Origin: an uncultured cyanobacterium
GTDB lineage: Bacteria > Cyanobacteriota > Cyanobacteriia > Cyanobacteriales > CAWCAG01
Assembly (NCBI GenBank): GCA_963793425.1
Contig: CAWCAG010000007.1
Coordinates: 128,001 to 192,000 of the forward strand
DNA: 64,000 bases
Direction: 5' to 3'
The notes beneath the pieces are model-generated. The model had not been told where the DNA came from. It searched no databases and saw only the letters and a program-made list of their open reading frames with translations. A program made the position numbers and the translations under genes. Shown here in pieces: positions 52,391-60,605 of the stretch. Every line of letters starts with the position of its first letter. The first letter of the stretch is position 1.

Positions 52391-53011
52391 TTATTGTTTC
52401 TCTTTCGTTAGGACGAAGACACTGCCCTCATTTCCTCTCCCTATACGGAGATCGCCGTCAAGGTAGGTAATATCCAGCCAACCCTGTTGTTCCCGATTTT
52501 CGATACTAAAGTCAAGGGGAGAAAACTTTTGTCCGGCTTCAATTTGCTTAATAAATTCGCTCACAGACTCATAGTTTAGCAAGCGCTGTAGACCTAGAAT
52601 AGAGCGCTCGAACTTAACATCAACACGAGATTGGGAGACTGGTTTGAACCCTGCTACCACAGAAACTAATCCTTCTAAGAAGGGTATTCCCATTACCTCA
52701 GCAATATTGTAAACTCTAGCTCCAGAGGTGCGGATACATTGATAAATTTGACCGAGTTGTAGCAAGGGGAAACGGTCTAAACCCAACAACCCATTACTGG
52801 TGGTATAAAGTAGTCTCCAGTTTCCTTCTAAAAGTTCCCCAGCTTCTACAGGGTTGGGAGTCGGATTTGTATCTTCTAGCTGAGATATAGCCGCAAGGAT
52901 AGCTACTTTTTCAATTTCAGTAGTGAGTAAGCCGCGATTTTGACCGGCGATCGCTTCTAGCAACTCAGCTTTCTTACTCACTATTGTTTCTCCTTCTGCA
53001 ATCTCTGACAA
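52391..53011 (-). CDS. PAP/fibrillin family protein
   Basis: LE..NPTP.P, GNWRLLYTT and WLDITYLD.DLRIGRGN.GS.FVL. Confidence 0.92.
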   Translation of the reverse strand: MSEIAEGETIVSKKAELLEAIAGQNRGLLTTEIEKVAILAAISQLEDTNPTPNPVEAGELLEGNWRLLYTTSNGLLGLDRFPLLQLGQIYQCIRTSGARVYNIAEVMGIPFLEGLVSVVAGFKPVSQSRVDVKFERSILGLQRLLNYESVSEFIKQIEAGQKFSPLDFSIENREQQGWLDITYLDGDLRIGRGNEGSVFVLTKEKQ

Positions 53012-53261
53012 GCATTCTTTAGCAACCTAATTTTGGGTAATTTAAGCTATAGTACTGCTCACCATATTCTCTCTATCCTGCCTAATTTGCAACGATACTT
53101 TAAGTTTTATCCCAGAGACAAACTTTTTTCCCCGATTTCTCTAAAACAGCTATGTAAATGAGAATCATACAGTACATCGGGGTTGCTCTCAGGGAGTTTA
53201 ATGGTAAACTCTACTGTATTTAACTGTTACGATTCTTAAATTGATCAACCTATAGTACCTG

Positions 53262-53498
53262 ATGCATAATCCTTCTCTAACTCAAGAAACTCGTTACGAA
53301 CCAGCGAAAGTTATTCCTCTTAAGCAAGAAGTTTCCTTATTAGATTGGTTAGAAGCCAACGGGCGTTTAATAGCTAGGGATGATAACGCGGGGAAAGTTT
53401 TACCAGATAGCGATGAAGAAATATCTGATCTCATGGAAAACGATGACGCTGAGTTTGAGGATGACAGTGATGATGATGATGAAGACTTAGAAGATTAA
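53262..53498 (+). CDS. DUF3134-like small acidic protein
   Basis: NPSL....RYEPA.VIPL....SLLDWLE..GRLI.R with an acidic tail; upstream of mraY. Confidence 0.8.
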   Translation: MHNPSLTQETRYEPAKVIPLKQEVSLLDWLEANGRLIARDDNAGKVLPDSDEEISDLMENDDAEFEDDSDDDDEDLED

Positions 53499-53620
53499 GC
53501 TACATCCTTATGTTGATGGTAGTTTAATCAGTTTTGTTCCAGAGTTTTGCTGGGCATCATAACCATGGTGTAAGTAAAAAAGAAAGTATTTAGATTTATT
53601 GGTGTTGAGTGAGTTAAGTT

Positions 53621-54715
53621 GTGGACGCTAAATTTTTTACAAGATCGCCTTTAAGGGTATCCGGAGCAAGTTTATTAGCTTTGCTAGCTTTTGTGTTAAC
53701 CCTGTTTGCAATTATTTTTGATTGGGCTGTTGCTCCTTACTTAGATGCGAGGATGTCCATGTTTGTGCCTTTAGGAATTTGTGCTTTAGTTAGCGCTGCT
53801 TTAGGCTACTGGGCAGTCCCTCTCTTACAAGACTTAAAAACAGGGCAAATTATTCGTGAAGATGGGCCTCAAGCTCATTTAAAAAAGGCAGGGACTCCAA
53901 CCATGGGAGGAGCATTTTTTATTCCTGTAGCAGTCTTATTTGCTTTAGTTTTATCTAGCTTTGATCCAGATGTAATTGCGGTTTCAGTAGTTACTTTGGC
54001 TTATGCTGCTATTGGTTGGGCAGATGATTGGCAGGTATTAAAACGTAAGTCGAATAAAGGCATTTCTCCCAAGATGAAACTAGCACTGCAAATTGCTTGC
54101 GCTGTCTTGTTTTGCCTTTGGCTATCGGTAACAAGATCCCCTGAATTTACTAACTTAAAACTGCCTTTGGGTATAATCATCCCCCTGGGAGTGATGTTTT
54201 GGCCTTTAGCAGGATTTATTATTGTTGCTGAGAGTAATGCCACTAATTTAACCGACGGAGTAGATGGACTAGCCGCCGGGACAGGAGCGATCGCTTGCTT
54301 AGGATTAGGAGCTATGGTAGCTTCTAATTCTCCTAGCTTAGCAATTTTCTGTGTTTGCCTGAGCGGGGCTTGCCTGGGCTTTGTGGTACACAATCGCAAC
54401 CCCGCCACCGTTTTTATGGGTGACACTGGATCTTTGGCTTTAGGTGGTGCTTTAGCTGCTGTGGGCATCATTAGCCAAAGTATTTGGGGTTTATTTATTA
54501 TCAGTGGTATTTTCTTTATTGAATCTTTATCAGTAATTGCTCAAGTAGGCTACTACAAAGCAACTAAAGGCCCTGATGGCAAAGGGAAGCGTTTGTTGAG
54601 GATGGCTCCTTTGCATCATCATTTAGAATTGGGTGGCTGGCCTGAAACTAATATTGTTGGTGTCTTTTACTTAATCAGTGCCGGATTAGTTATGTTACCC
54701 CTTATGTTCTTTTAA
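53621..54715 (+). CDS. mraY: Phospho-N-acetylmuramoyl-pentapeptide transferase
   Basis: KAGTPTMGG, NATNLTDGVDGL, FMGDTGS and MAPLHHHLE. Confidence 0.97.
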   Translation: MDAKFFTRSPLRVSGASLLALLAFVLTLFAIIFDWAVAPYLDARMSMFVPLGICALVSAALGYWAVPLLQDLKTGQIIREDGPQAHLKKAGTPTMGGAFFIPVAVLFALVLSSFDPDVIAVSVVTLAYAAIGWADDWQVLKRKSNKGISPKMKLALQIACAVLFCLWLSVTRSPEFTNLKLPLGIIIPLGVMFWPLAGFIIVAESNATNLTDGVDGLAAGTGAIACLGLGAMVASNSPSLAIFCVCLSGACLGFVVHNRNPATVFMGDTGSLALGGALAAVGIISQSIWGLFIISGIFFIESLSVIAQVGYYKATKGPDGKGKRLLRMAPLHHHLELGGWPETNIVGVFYLISAGLVMLPLMFF

Positions 54716-54745
54716 AGTTATTAGATTGCGTCTGCATTAATTGAG

Positions 54746-54785
54746 AAAGAGGGAATTGGCTAGTCCAATTCCCTCTTTGATTTTG
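54746..54785 (+). terminator. Rho-independent terminator after mraY
   Basis: AAAGAGGGAATTGG-ctagt-CCAATTCCCTCTTT hairpin followed by a T-rich tract. Confidence 0.75.
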
Positions 54786-55064
54786 TTGATTGTGGGTATC
54801 TTGTAAATAAGATATCCTCTGAAGTCTCAGGTTTTAGCAACTAGCGACTAGCAAAATGATTTGATTCCTCAATTGCTGGAGTGGCGAGGGTATTGCATAA
54901 TTTGTGTTATAATTATCTCAGTAAATAAAATTGAATTTGAACAAAAAAATATTTTTTCGGAGCGGGGTTGGGAACTTTCTTAAAATAGACATGGAAAGTA
55001 AACATCTATCTTGCCAAGTTTTAATAGAGATTATCTGGTAATTCATTAACGCCACGTTCCTATC

Positions 55065-55631
55065 ATGAAAAAAATCGCTCTTTTTGGCACTAGCGCCGAT
55101 CCTCCCACCGCAGGACACAATGCCATATTAAGATGGCTATCTCAACGTTACGATCTTGTGGCAGTTTGGGCTTCAGATAATCCTTTCAAATCTCATCAAA
55201 CCAGCCTAGAACATCGAGTCAAAATGTTAGAGGTACTGATTGATTCTTTAGAAGATAAGTATCATAACGTTAACCTGCATCAAAAGTTTAGCAACCGCAG
55301 AACCTTAGAAACGGTCAAACAAGCAAGACAAGTTTGGGGTGATTTACCTGAATTAACCCTAGTAATTGGCTCCGACTTACCGCCACAAATGTCCAGTTGG
55401 TATGGTATCAAAGAACTATTGCCACAAGTCCTACTTTTAGTTATTCCTCGCCCAGGCTATCCTATAAAAGAGCAAGATTTAGCTGCTTTAGATAACTTGG
55501 GAGGAAAATGTGCGATCGCCGACTTTCATCCCCCCTCAGTTTCTTCTACAGCTTATCGTGAATATCAAGATCCAAACGCAGTAATACCATCTGTTAAAGA
55601 TTATATTCAGCGAGAGCAATTGTATATATAG
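55065..55631 (+). CDS. nadD: Nicotinate-nucleotide adenylyltransferase
   Basis: FGTSADPPTAGH, LVIGSD and VSSTAYR. Confidence 0.9.
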   Translation: MKKIALFGTSADPPTAGHNAILRWLSQRYDLVAVWASDNPFKSHQTSLEHRVKMLEVLIDSLEDKYHNVNLHQKFSNRRTLETVKQARQVWGDLPELTLVIGSDLPPQMSSWYGIKELLPQVLLLVIPRPGYPIKEQDLAALDNLGGKCAIADFHPPSVSSTAYREYQDPNAVIPSVKDYIQREQLYI

Positions 55632-55803
55632 TAATGCTCATGGAAATTATCTCTGGTCAAAACCCTATAATCTGTACTAGTTGCTAATGGCTAATCGCTA
55701 ATTGTTGACATATAAATCATACACATTCAACTATTGTGGAAGTGATACAAAAGTAGAGTAAAAATTTGTCGATAAATGATAAATGTTAAATGTTAAATGA
55801 TAA

Positions 55804-56535
55804 ATGACAAATGGTACAAGCCCCGTAACTAAAAAGAATCTTGCTGATTTTAAAGTGGGAGTTGATAACGTGATTTTTTCTGTGGATGACAAGAAAAATC
55901 GCTTGTTAGTGCTATTAATTAAACGTCCTGATCAACCTTTTCAAAGTCAGTGGAGTTTACCAGGAACATTAGTTTGCCAAGGAGAGTCATTAGAGGATGC
56001 AGCACATCGCATTTTAGCTGAGAAAATTCGGGTCAATAATCTTTATTTAGAACAACTTTATACCTTTGGTGGCCCAGAAAGAGATCCTAGGGAATTTCCA
56101 ACTAGTTTTGGGGTACGCTATCTATCTGTTAGTTACTTTGCTTTAGTGCGTTTTGGTGAAGCAGAATTGATTAGTGATCATAGTTATAGTACAACTTGGT
56201 ATTCCCTCAAAGAAATTCCTCAATTAGCCTTTGATCATAACCAGATTCTTACCTACGGTTATGGACGTTTACGGAACAAGTTAGAGTATAGCCCCATCGC
56301 TTTTGATGTCTTACCAGAAGTGTTTACTTTAAATGATGTTTATCAGCTTTATTGTACAGTTTTAGGAGAAAACTTTTCTGATTATTCTAACTTTCGTTCC
56401 CGTTTATTAAAACTAGGTTTCTTATCAGATACAGGAATCAAAGTTTCTAGAGGGGCAGGTCGTCCTGCTAGTTTATATAGCTTTGATGCTAAAGCTTTTG
56501 CACCTTTGAAAGATAAGCCTTTAGTGTTTATTTGA
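55804..56535 (+). CDS. nrtR: Nudix-related transcriptional regulator of NAD metabolism
   Basis: LEQLYTFG.PERDPR, LAFDH..I and a C-terminal wHTH (FTL..VY, NFR, GRPASLY); next to nadD. Confidence 0.85.
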   Translation: MTNGTSPVTKKNLADFKVGVDNVIFSVDDKKNRLLVLLIKRPDQPFQSQWSLPGTLVCQGESLEDAAHRILAEKIRVNNLYLEQLYTFGGPERDPREFPTSFGVRYLSVSYFALVRFGEAELISDHSYSTTWYSLKEIPQLAFDHNQILTYGYGRLRNKLEYSPIAFDVLPEVFTLNDVYQLYCTVLGENFSDYSNFRSRLLKLGFLSDTGIKVSRGAGRPASLYSFDAKAFAPLKDKPLVFI

Positions 56536-56834
56536 TTGCTAATTGCTAATTGCTAGTTGTTAATTCCAAGAGTCAATAAAGCTGAGTAAGATGAGATGGA
56601 TGAATACGTAGGTTAGGTAGAGCGATAGCGAAACCTCATACACTCGCTTTTGAATGCCAGCATCAATAAACGATGACGGCTGAATCATAAGTTTTGCATT
56701 CATCATTTACCTCTTATTCATAATTAGAGTGAGGAATTTCTTCAATTTTACCAATGTGCCTAAAGATTTGACTTCTTCCTTAACCTATAAGATAAGAAGT
56801 TCAAGTATGAATTACAAATAATTGGAGTTGCTAT

Positions 56835-57155
56835 ATGACCATAATTTACGAAGACGAAAACCTTATTTTTGATGATCTTGGTATCACTATTAAATGGTAC
56901 TACTTTCCTGTTGGTGAGAAAAAGATTCCCTACAATTCTATACGCAATGTAACAGAAAGAAATATGGCAATATTTTCAGGTAAAGGTCGTATTTGGGGTA
57001 TGGATTTAAGTCCAGAATGGTTTCACTTAGACCCTAAACGTCCTTTTAAAGATAAATGTCTAGTTATCGATATTGGAGAATGGATTAAACCAGCCATAAC
57101 CCCAGATAATTACAATATAGTTTGGCAGATTCTACAAGAGAAAGTTAACTTTTAG
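56835..57155 (+). CDS. Hypothetical protein (possibly PH-like)
   Basis: GGAG RBS; YYFP.G.KKIPY..I and GRIWG....WF.LD..RP.K. Confidence 0.65.
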   Translation: MTIIYEDENLIFDDLGITIKWYYFPVGEKKIPYNSIRNVTERNMAIFSGKGRIWGMDLSPEWFHLDPKRPFKDKCLVIDIGEWIKPAITPDNYNIVWQILQEKVNF

Positions 57156-57305
57156 AGAGTTGTTAAGTTGGGAAAAGAGGCAATTTACGGTGACTCATTT
57201 TTTCCTAACTTTTGTTTGATTTGGGTTGATTTGAAATACCCAATAGTTGCTGAAGATGTTGAGACTGGATGATAAACAGAATAGATTAAGTACTAGGCTT
57301 CTTGC

Positions 57306-57972
57306 TTACTTCTTATTACGCTTTGTTGCTGAAACAGCCCCAAAAGCACCAACTAGGGCTAAACCTAACATAGAAGCTGGTTCAGGAGTTTCTTTACTTG
57401 GAGGCTTAATTGATATTTCTCCAACAATTTTCTCTCCAACAGCTTTCTCAAACTCATCGCCGAAAGAACCAACCTCAAGAACAAAAGCATCCCTACCACT
57501 AGCATTTGTGCCGCCGATTATGTTATTTGTCAAGAAATCAATATCTGGTGCAGGAAAACCTGGTCTGGGTTGGACTGCGATCGCATTAATAACGTCAACA
57601 CCATTATTGAGGGCATTAGTTGCGGCTCGGCCTGCTGCTGATTCACTATCAGGATTTCCGTCTGTGGAAATGTCAATTGCAACTGAAGCTACCCCATCAT
57701 ATTGATTGGTGGAGAGGCTGTTTGTCGCTAAATCAATGGCTTCTGCTAAATCAGTACCAAGCCTAATTTGAGAGATTGGTTTAATTAGGGCAGCAAAAGT
57801 TTGGGAAGCGACAACACTATCAATAAGAGTGAAGGGAATCTCTTCTCTAGCACTAGAAGAAAATTGGATCAGGTTGACAGCAAACTGGCCTGTTCCCCCT
57901 TCATCTAGACTATTTTGCTCAAAATCATTAAACAAGTCTGGATCATAGAACTGAAAACTTTTATAACCGCTA
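57306..57972 (-). pseudogene. 5'-truncated DUF1194/vWA-like PEP-CTERM protein
   Basis: AVNLIQFSS, IDISTDG and C-terminal TPEPASMLGLALVGAFG..KRNKK. No signal peptide or N-terminal DxSxS is present; the frame runs into xisI. Confidence 0.7.
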
Positions 57973-58333
57973 CTAACCCACTGCAAAGTCAGTATATTGG
58001 CGAACATCAGGGGGATGAAAAGCTAGGACAATATTTTCTTTAGAAATACCTGCTTCTAAAAGTTCAGGAGTGATTCCATCTTCAAGTCCATCGCGATGAA
58101 GCCAAATTTTCTCACCACGAATTTCTGCATGAACGATAACCCCGTACATTCGCAAGCCCTTTTGCCACCCCTCATCCATTAGCAAAAAATGTTTATGATA
58201 AGCCTCTGGCATAGCTTACGCTTACGCGACTGACAATAACAAAGGTGGTTACATCTCCATAACGATAGGGAATCGCAGCATATTCTTGTAGAATACTTTC
58301 TATAATTTCGCCGTATCGATTGAAGGTATCCAT
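57973..58333 (-). pseudogene. xisI: XisI protein, frameshifted
   Basis: MDTFNRYGEIIESILQEYA... and HFLLMDEGW...KIWLHRDGLEDGI...IVLAFHPP.VRQYTDFAVG lie in different frames because of a 25-nt insert. Confidence 0.85.
58200..58224 (-). repeat. 25-nt SDR5-like insert at a HIP1-like site
   Basis: TAAGCGTAAGCTATGCCAGAGGCTT lies between GCG and ATC of GCGATCAT. Removing it restores the xisI frame (SRDHKHF). Confidence 0.7.
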
Positions 58334-58677
58334 TTTAAAATCTCCTTAGTTGTAGCATCAAAGACAATCAAACGTAGTTCAGTAGTTTCCATAACCAGTT
58401 GACCAACTTCCTCTGAAAAGATTTCTTTGAAAACAGGAAGGTTTATAGCAAGGTAGAGAAGGCGATCAGGTTCTTGTTCTGCAAGAATTTTGGCGTAGAG
58501 AATAAACTGCCCCAAGGCATTTTCAAGATCGTTCATAGCAGAGGGGCCAAGAAAACTTTTAACCTCAACAGCTATTTTTTGTTCTCCTCGTTCGGCAGCA
58601 AGTAGCTTTTTTGCTCCTAAATCAATCATAACTGCACGACGACCAATTTTTAACCTCAATGGGTCATCTGTGATTTT
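58300..58677 (-). pseudogene. xisH: XisH protein, 5'-truncated
   Basis: KITDDPL, IDLGAKKLLAAE, KIAVEVKSF, ALGQF..Y and R.LYLA. The N-terminus is replaced by IS sequence. Confidence 0.85.
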
Positions 58678-58679
58678 CT

Positions 58680-58938
58680 ACCACGAATATTTAGAGTTTT
58701 GAACAGGGATCTCATACTTACTTGCCCTTGGTCTAATACGAAACTAAGCCAGGTTGATACAAATAGGAATGTATTCAGGGCTGGATAATCGTCTTTGGGT
58801 AAGCCTCCCAGGTACTTTTTGACTATTTCAGGAAAGTTTGATACCATTTATTTAACTTTTTAAATTATTTTAGTTGCTTCCATTTTACCAATTTGGAAGC
58901 TCTTTTTTCCTTTTATTTACTATCACTCAACACTTCTG
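58680..58938 (-). mobile_element. IS4-family remnant (one end plus the first ~56 transposase codons)
   Basis: Terminus CAGAAGTGTTGAG; ORF MVSNFPEIVK..L..LPKDDYPALNTFLFVS.WL.FVLDQ...SMR.LF..LN.RG stops at the xisH junction. Confidence 0.7.
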
Positions 58939-59336
58939 CTAAAAAAGTTAGCTAAGACCGCAGATTTTAATCTAAACCACCTTCCATTTTTGAATTTAAT
59001 ATAGGCTCTATGAATTCGCCATTCAATTAAGATAGAGGTAATAAAAGCAAACAATAAAATTACCAAGTTTGCTGATAAGTTTTTGAGATTAAAAGCTGAA
59101 TAGATAGGCAAGGCAGCTTGTAAAACTAGTCCTAATACAGCACTGACAATATTGGCTATTATACTAACGAGTAATGCTCTTGGTAAGCTGATTTTGGTTT
59201 TTACTACTTTGTGCAAGAAAAACCAAATAGTAATCCATTCCAGTAAGATAATGCCAATAAATATAAATAGCCCTGCCACTCTTCCGTGGAAAAGAAAAGT
59301 GGGAGCAATTACATTAGCAATGAATAATTGAGGCAT
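58939..59336 (-). pseudogene. Membrane protein paralogous to the N-terminus of 59395..60276, 3'-truncated by the IS end
   Basis: MPQLFIANVIAPT matches MPIVTIFANVAAPT, with shared LE / IIANI motifs. The last codons RSVE derive from the IS terminus. Confidence 0.65.
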
Positions 59337-59394
59337 TTTGTTTTATTAATTTACTACCAGAGTTAGAGTAGCTTTGCCAGAATGTTTTTAGTCT

Positions 59395-60276
59395 TTAATA
59401 AGGTAATGCTACTAGGGATGATGAACCAGACGGGCAGTTTATTTGCTTGTCTTTGAATTGAGGAGATTTAGGAGGGATTGTTGAAGCTCGCTCTGTTTTA
59501 CAAATTCCTGTCATAAATTCAGGTTCTTCTTTATCTTCGACTACAAAGACTACGCCTGTATAACTGTTAAGATTATCAGCTTTTCCTGCTGCTGTAATTG
59601 TCGTTTTTTCTGAGTTAGTATTAATTTTGAATTGATGGAATTGATTCTCAATACTGTTTTTAGTTTGGACTAGATTTTTATTAGAAGGGGCGTAAGATAG
59701 AGGAAGTTGAGGAAATTCTTTAAAGTTGGTAGCAAATTGTTTAGTTTTTCCATAAAACTCTTTTTGGTATCCCAAAGTGCTAAAAATAGTCGCCTTCGCT
59801 TCTCTCTCAGCTCGTTTAGGATTAAGCTGGGTGAATGAATCAACATTAGAACTAACAGGTAGCAAAACAAAGAGAAAAAGGGTGTAACTGGCTAGATTAG
59901 CTAGTAAAGATGCTATCCGTAATTTGCCTTTAGAAGGTTTGCTGTTTTTGCTTTTCAACAAGGGAAGGTAGACAATTCCTTCAATGAACCAAGTAAAGGC
60001 AAAAAGAAAAGGGAGAATCATCACAGCAGTAAGGGGACTGTTGGCAAAAGAATTATTAAAAGCGAAAGGAACACCAATAATTGAAGTGATAATATTAGCG
60101 ATAATTACTGTAATTAATAGTCTGGCAAGACCAATTTTAATTTTAAATAAATAATGAAACAATAACCATAAAACTAAGCATTCAAGGGGAATAATACTCA
60201 GGACAGCAAAGATATTTCCTGTCCTGGTAACAATAGTGGGGGCAGCAACATTGGCAAAAATAGTGACTATAGGCAT
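59395..60276 (-). CDS. Polytopic membrane domain fused to a type IV pilin-like G/H domain
   Basis: About 5 TM helices, then KRAEREAK..I......QK.FY.....FA, SYTG.VF and C.......PP..P.......CP.GS. Confidence 0.75.
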   Translation of the reverse strand: MPIVTIFANVAAPTIVTRTGNIFAVLSIIPLECLVLWLLFHYLFKIKIGLARLLITVIIANIITSIIGVPFAFNNSFANSPLTAVMILPFLFAFTWFIEGIVYLPLLKSKNSKPSKGKLRIASLLANLASYTLFLFVLLPVSSNVDSFTQLNPKRAEREAKATIFSTLGYQKEFYGKTKQFATNFKEFPQLPLSYAPSNKNLVQTKNSIENQFHQFKINTNSEKTTITAAGKADNLNSYTGVVFVVEDKEEPEFMTGICKTERASTIPPKSPQFKDKQINCPSGSSSLVALPY

Positions 60277-60335
60277 TGATAGATGACCCGAAAGAGTAGT
60301 GAACTTTATTCCTGGATTTATATAGCAGACAAGAA

Positions 60336-60428
60336 AGTAGGGTGGGTAAATGTTTTAGATAAGTTTAATCAACAATAATAGATGAATATTTGATGCTGAT
60401 TTTAGTTATTCATTTTGCCCACCCTACT
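60336..60428. repeat. REP-like inverted repeat element
   Basis: AGTAGGGTGGGTAAA ... TTTGCCCACCCTACT. Confidence 0.7.
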
Positions 60429-60435
60429 AGCTATA

Positions 60436-60562
60436 TATAGCAATTCTCAAGCTGAGTAGCGTACATTTGGTCTATTTCCATATTTCCACTAGCTACTAGC
60501 CACTAGCTGTTAGCAAAAAACCAGAATCTAGGCCGTACCTCACAAGTCTTAGAATCGCTATA
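60436..60562. mobile_element. MITE-like element
   Basis: Terminal inverted repeats TATAGCAATTCTCAAG / CTTAGAATCGCTATA with internal CCACTAG heptamers. Confidence 0.6.
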
Positions 60563-60605
60563 CTCTCCTTTCTACAGAAGAGCCAATTTTATCTGCAAAA
60601 TAGTA

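Noticed and set aside
57247..57705. 152-aa plus-strand ORF and other overlapping ORFs (e.g. 54001..54471, 39920..40294, 19489..19833, 6620..6943)
   Set aside because: They are antisense or alternate-frame shadows of well-supported genes and have no recognisable motifs.
57973..58677. xisH/xisI as evidence of an fdxN excision element
   Set aside because: No xisF recombinase or nif genes are present. xisHI pairs are commonly dispersed, and both genes are broken.
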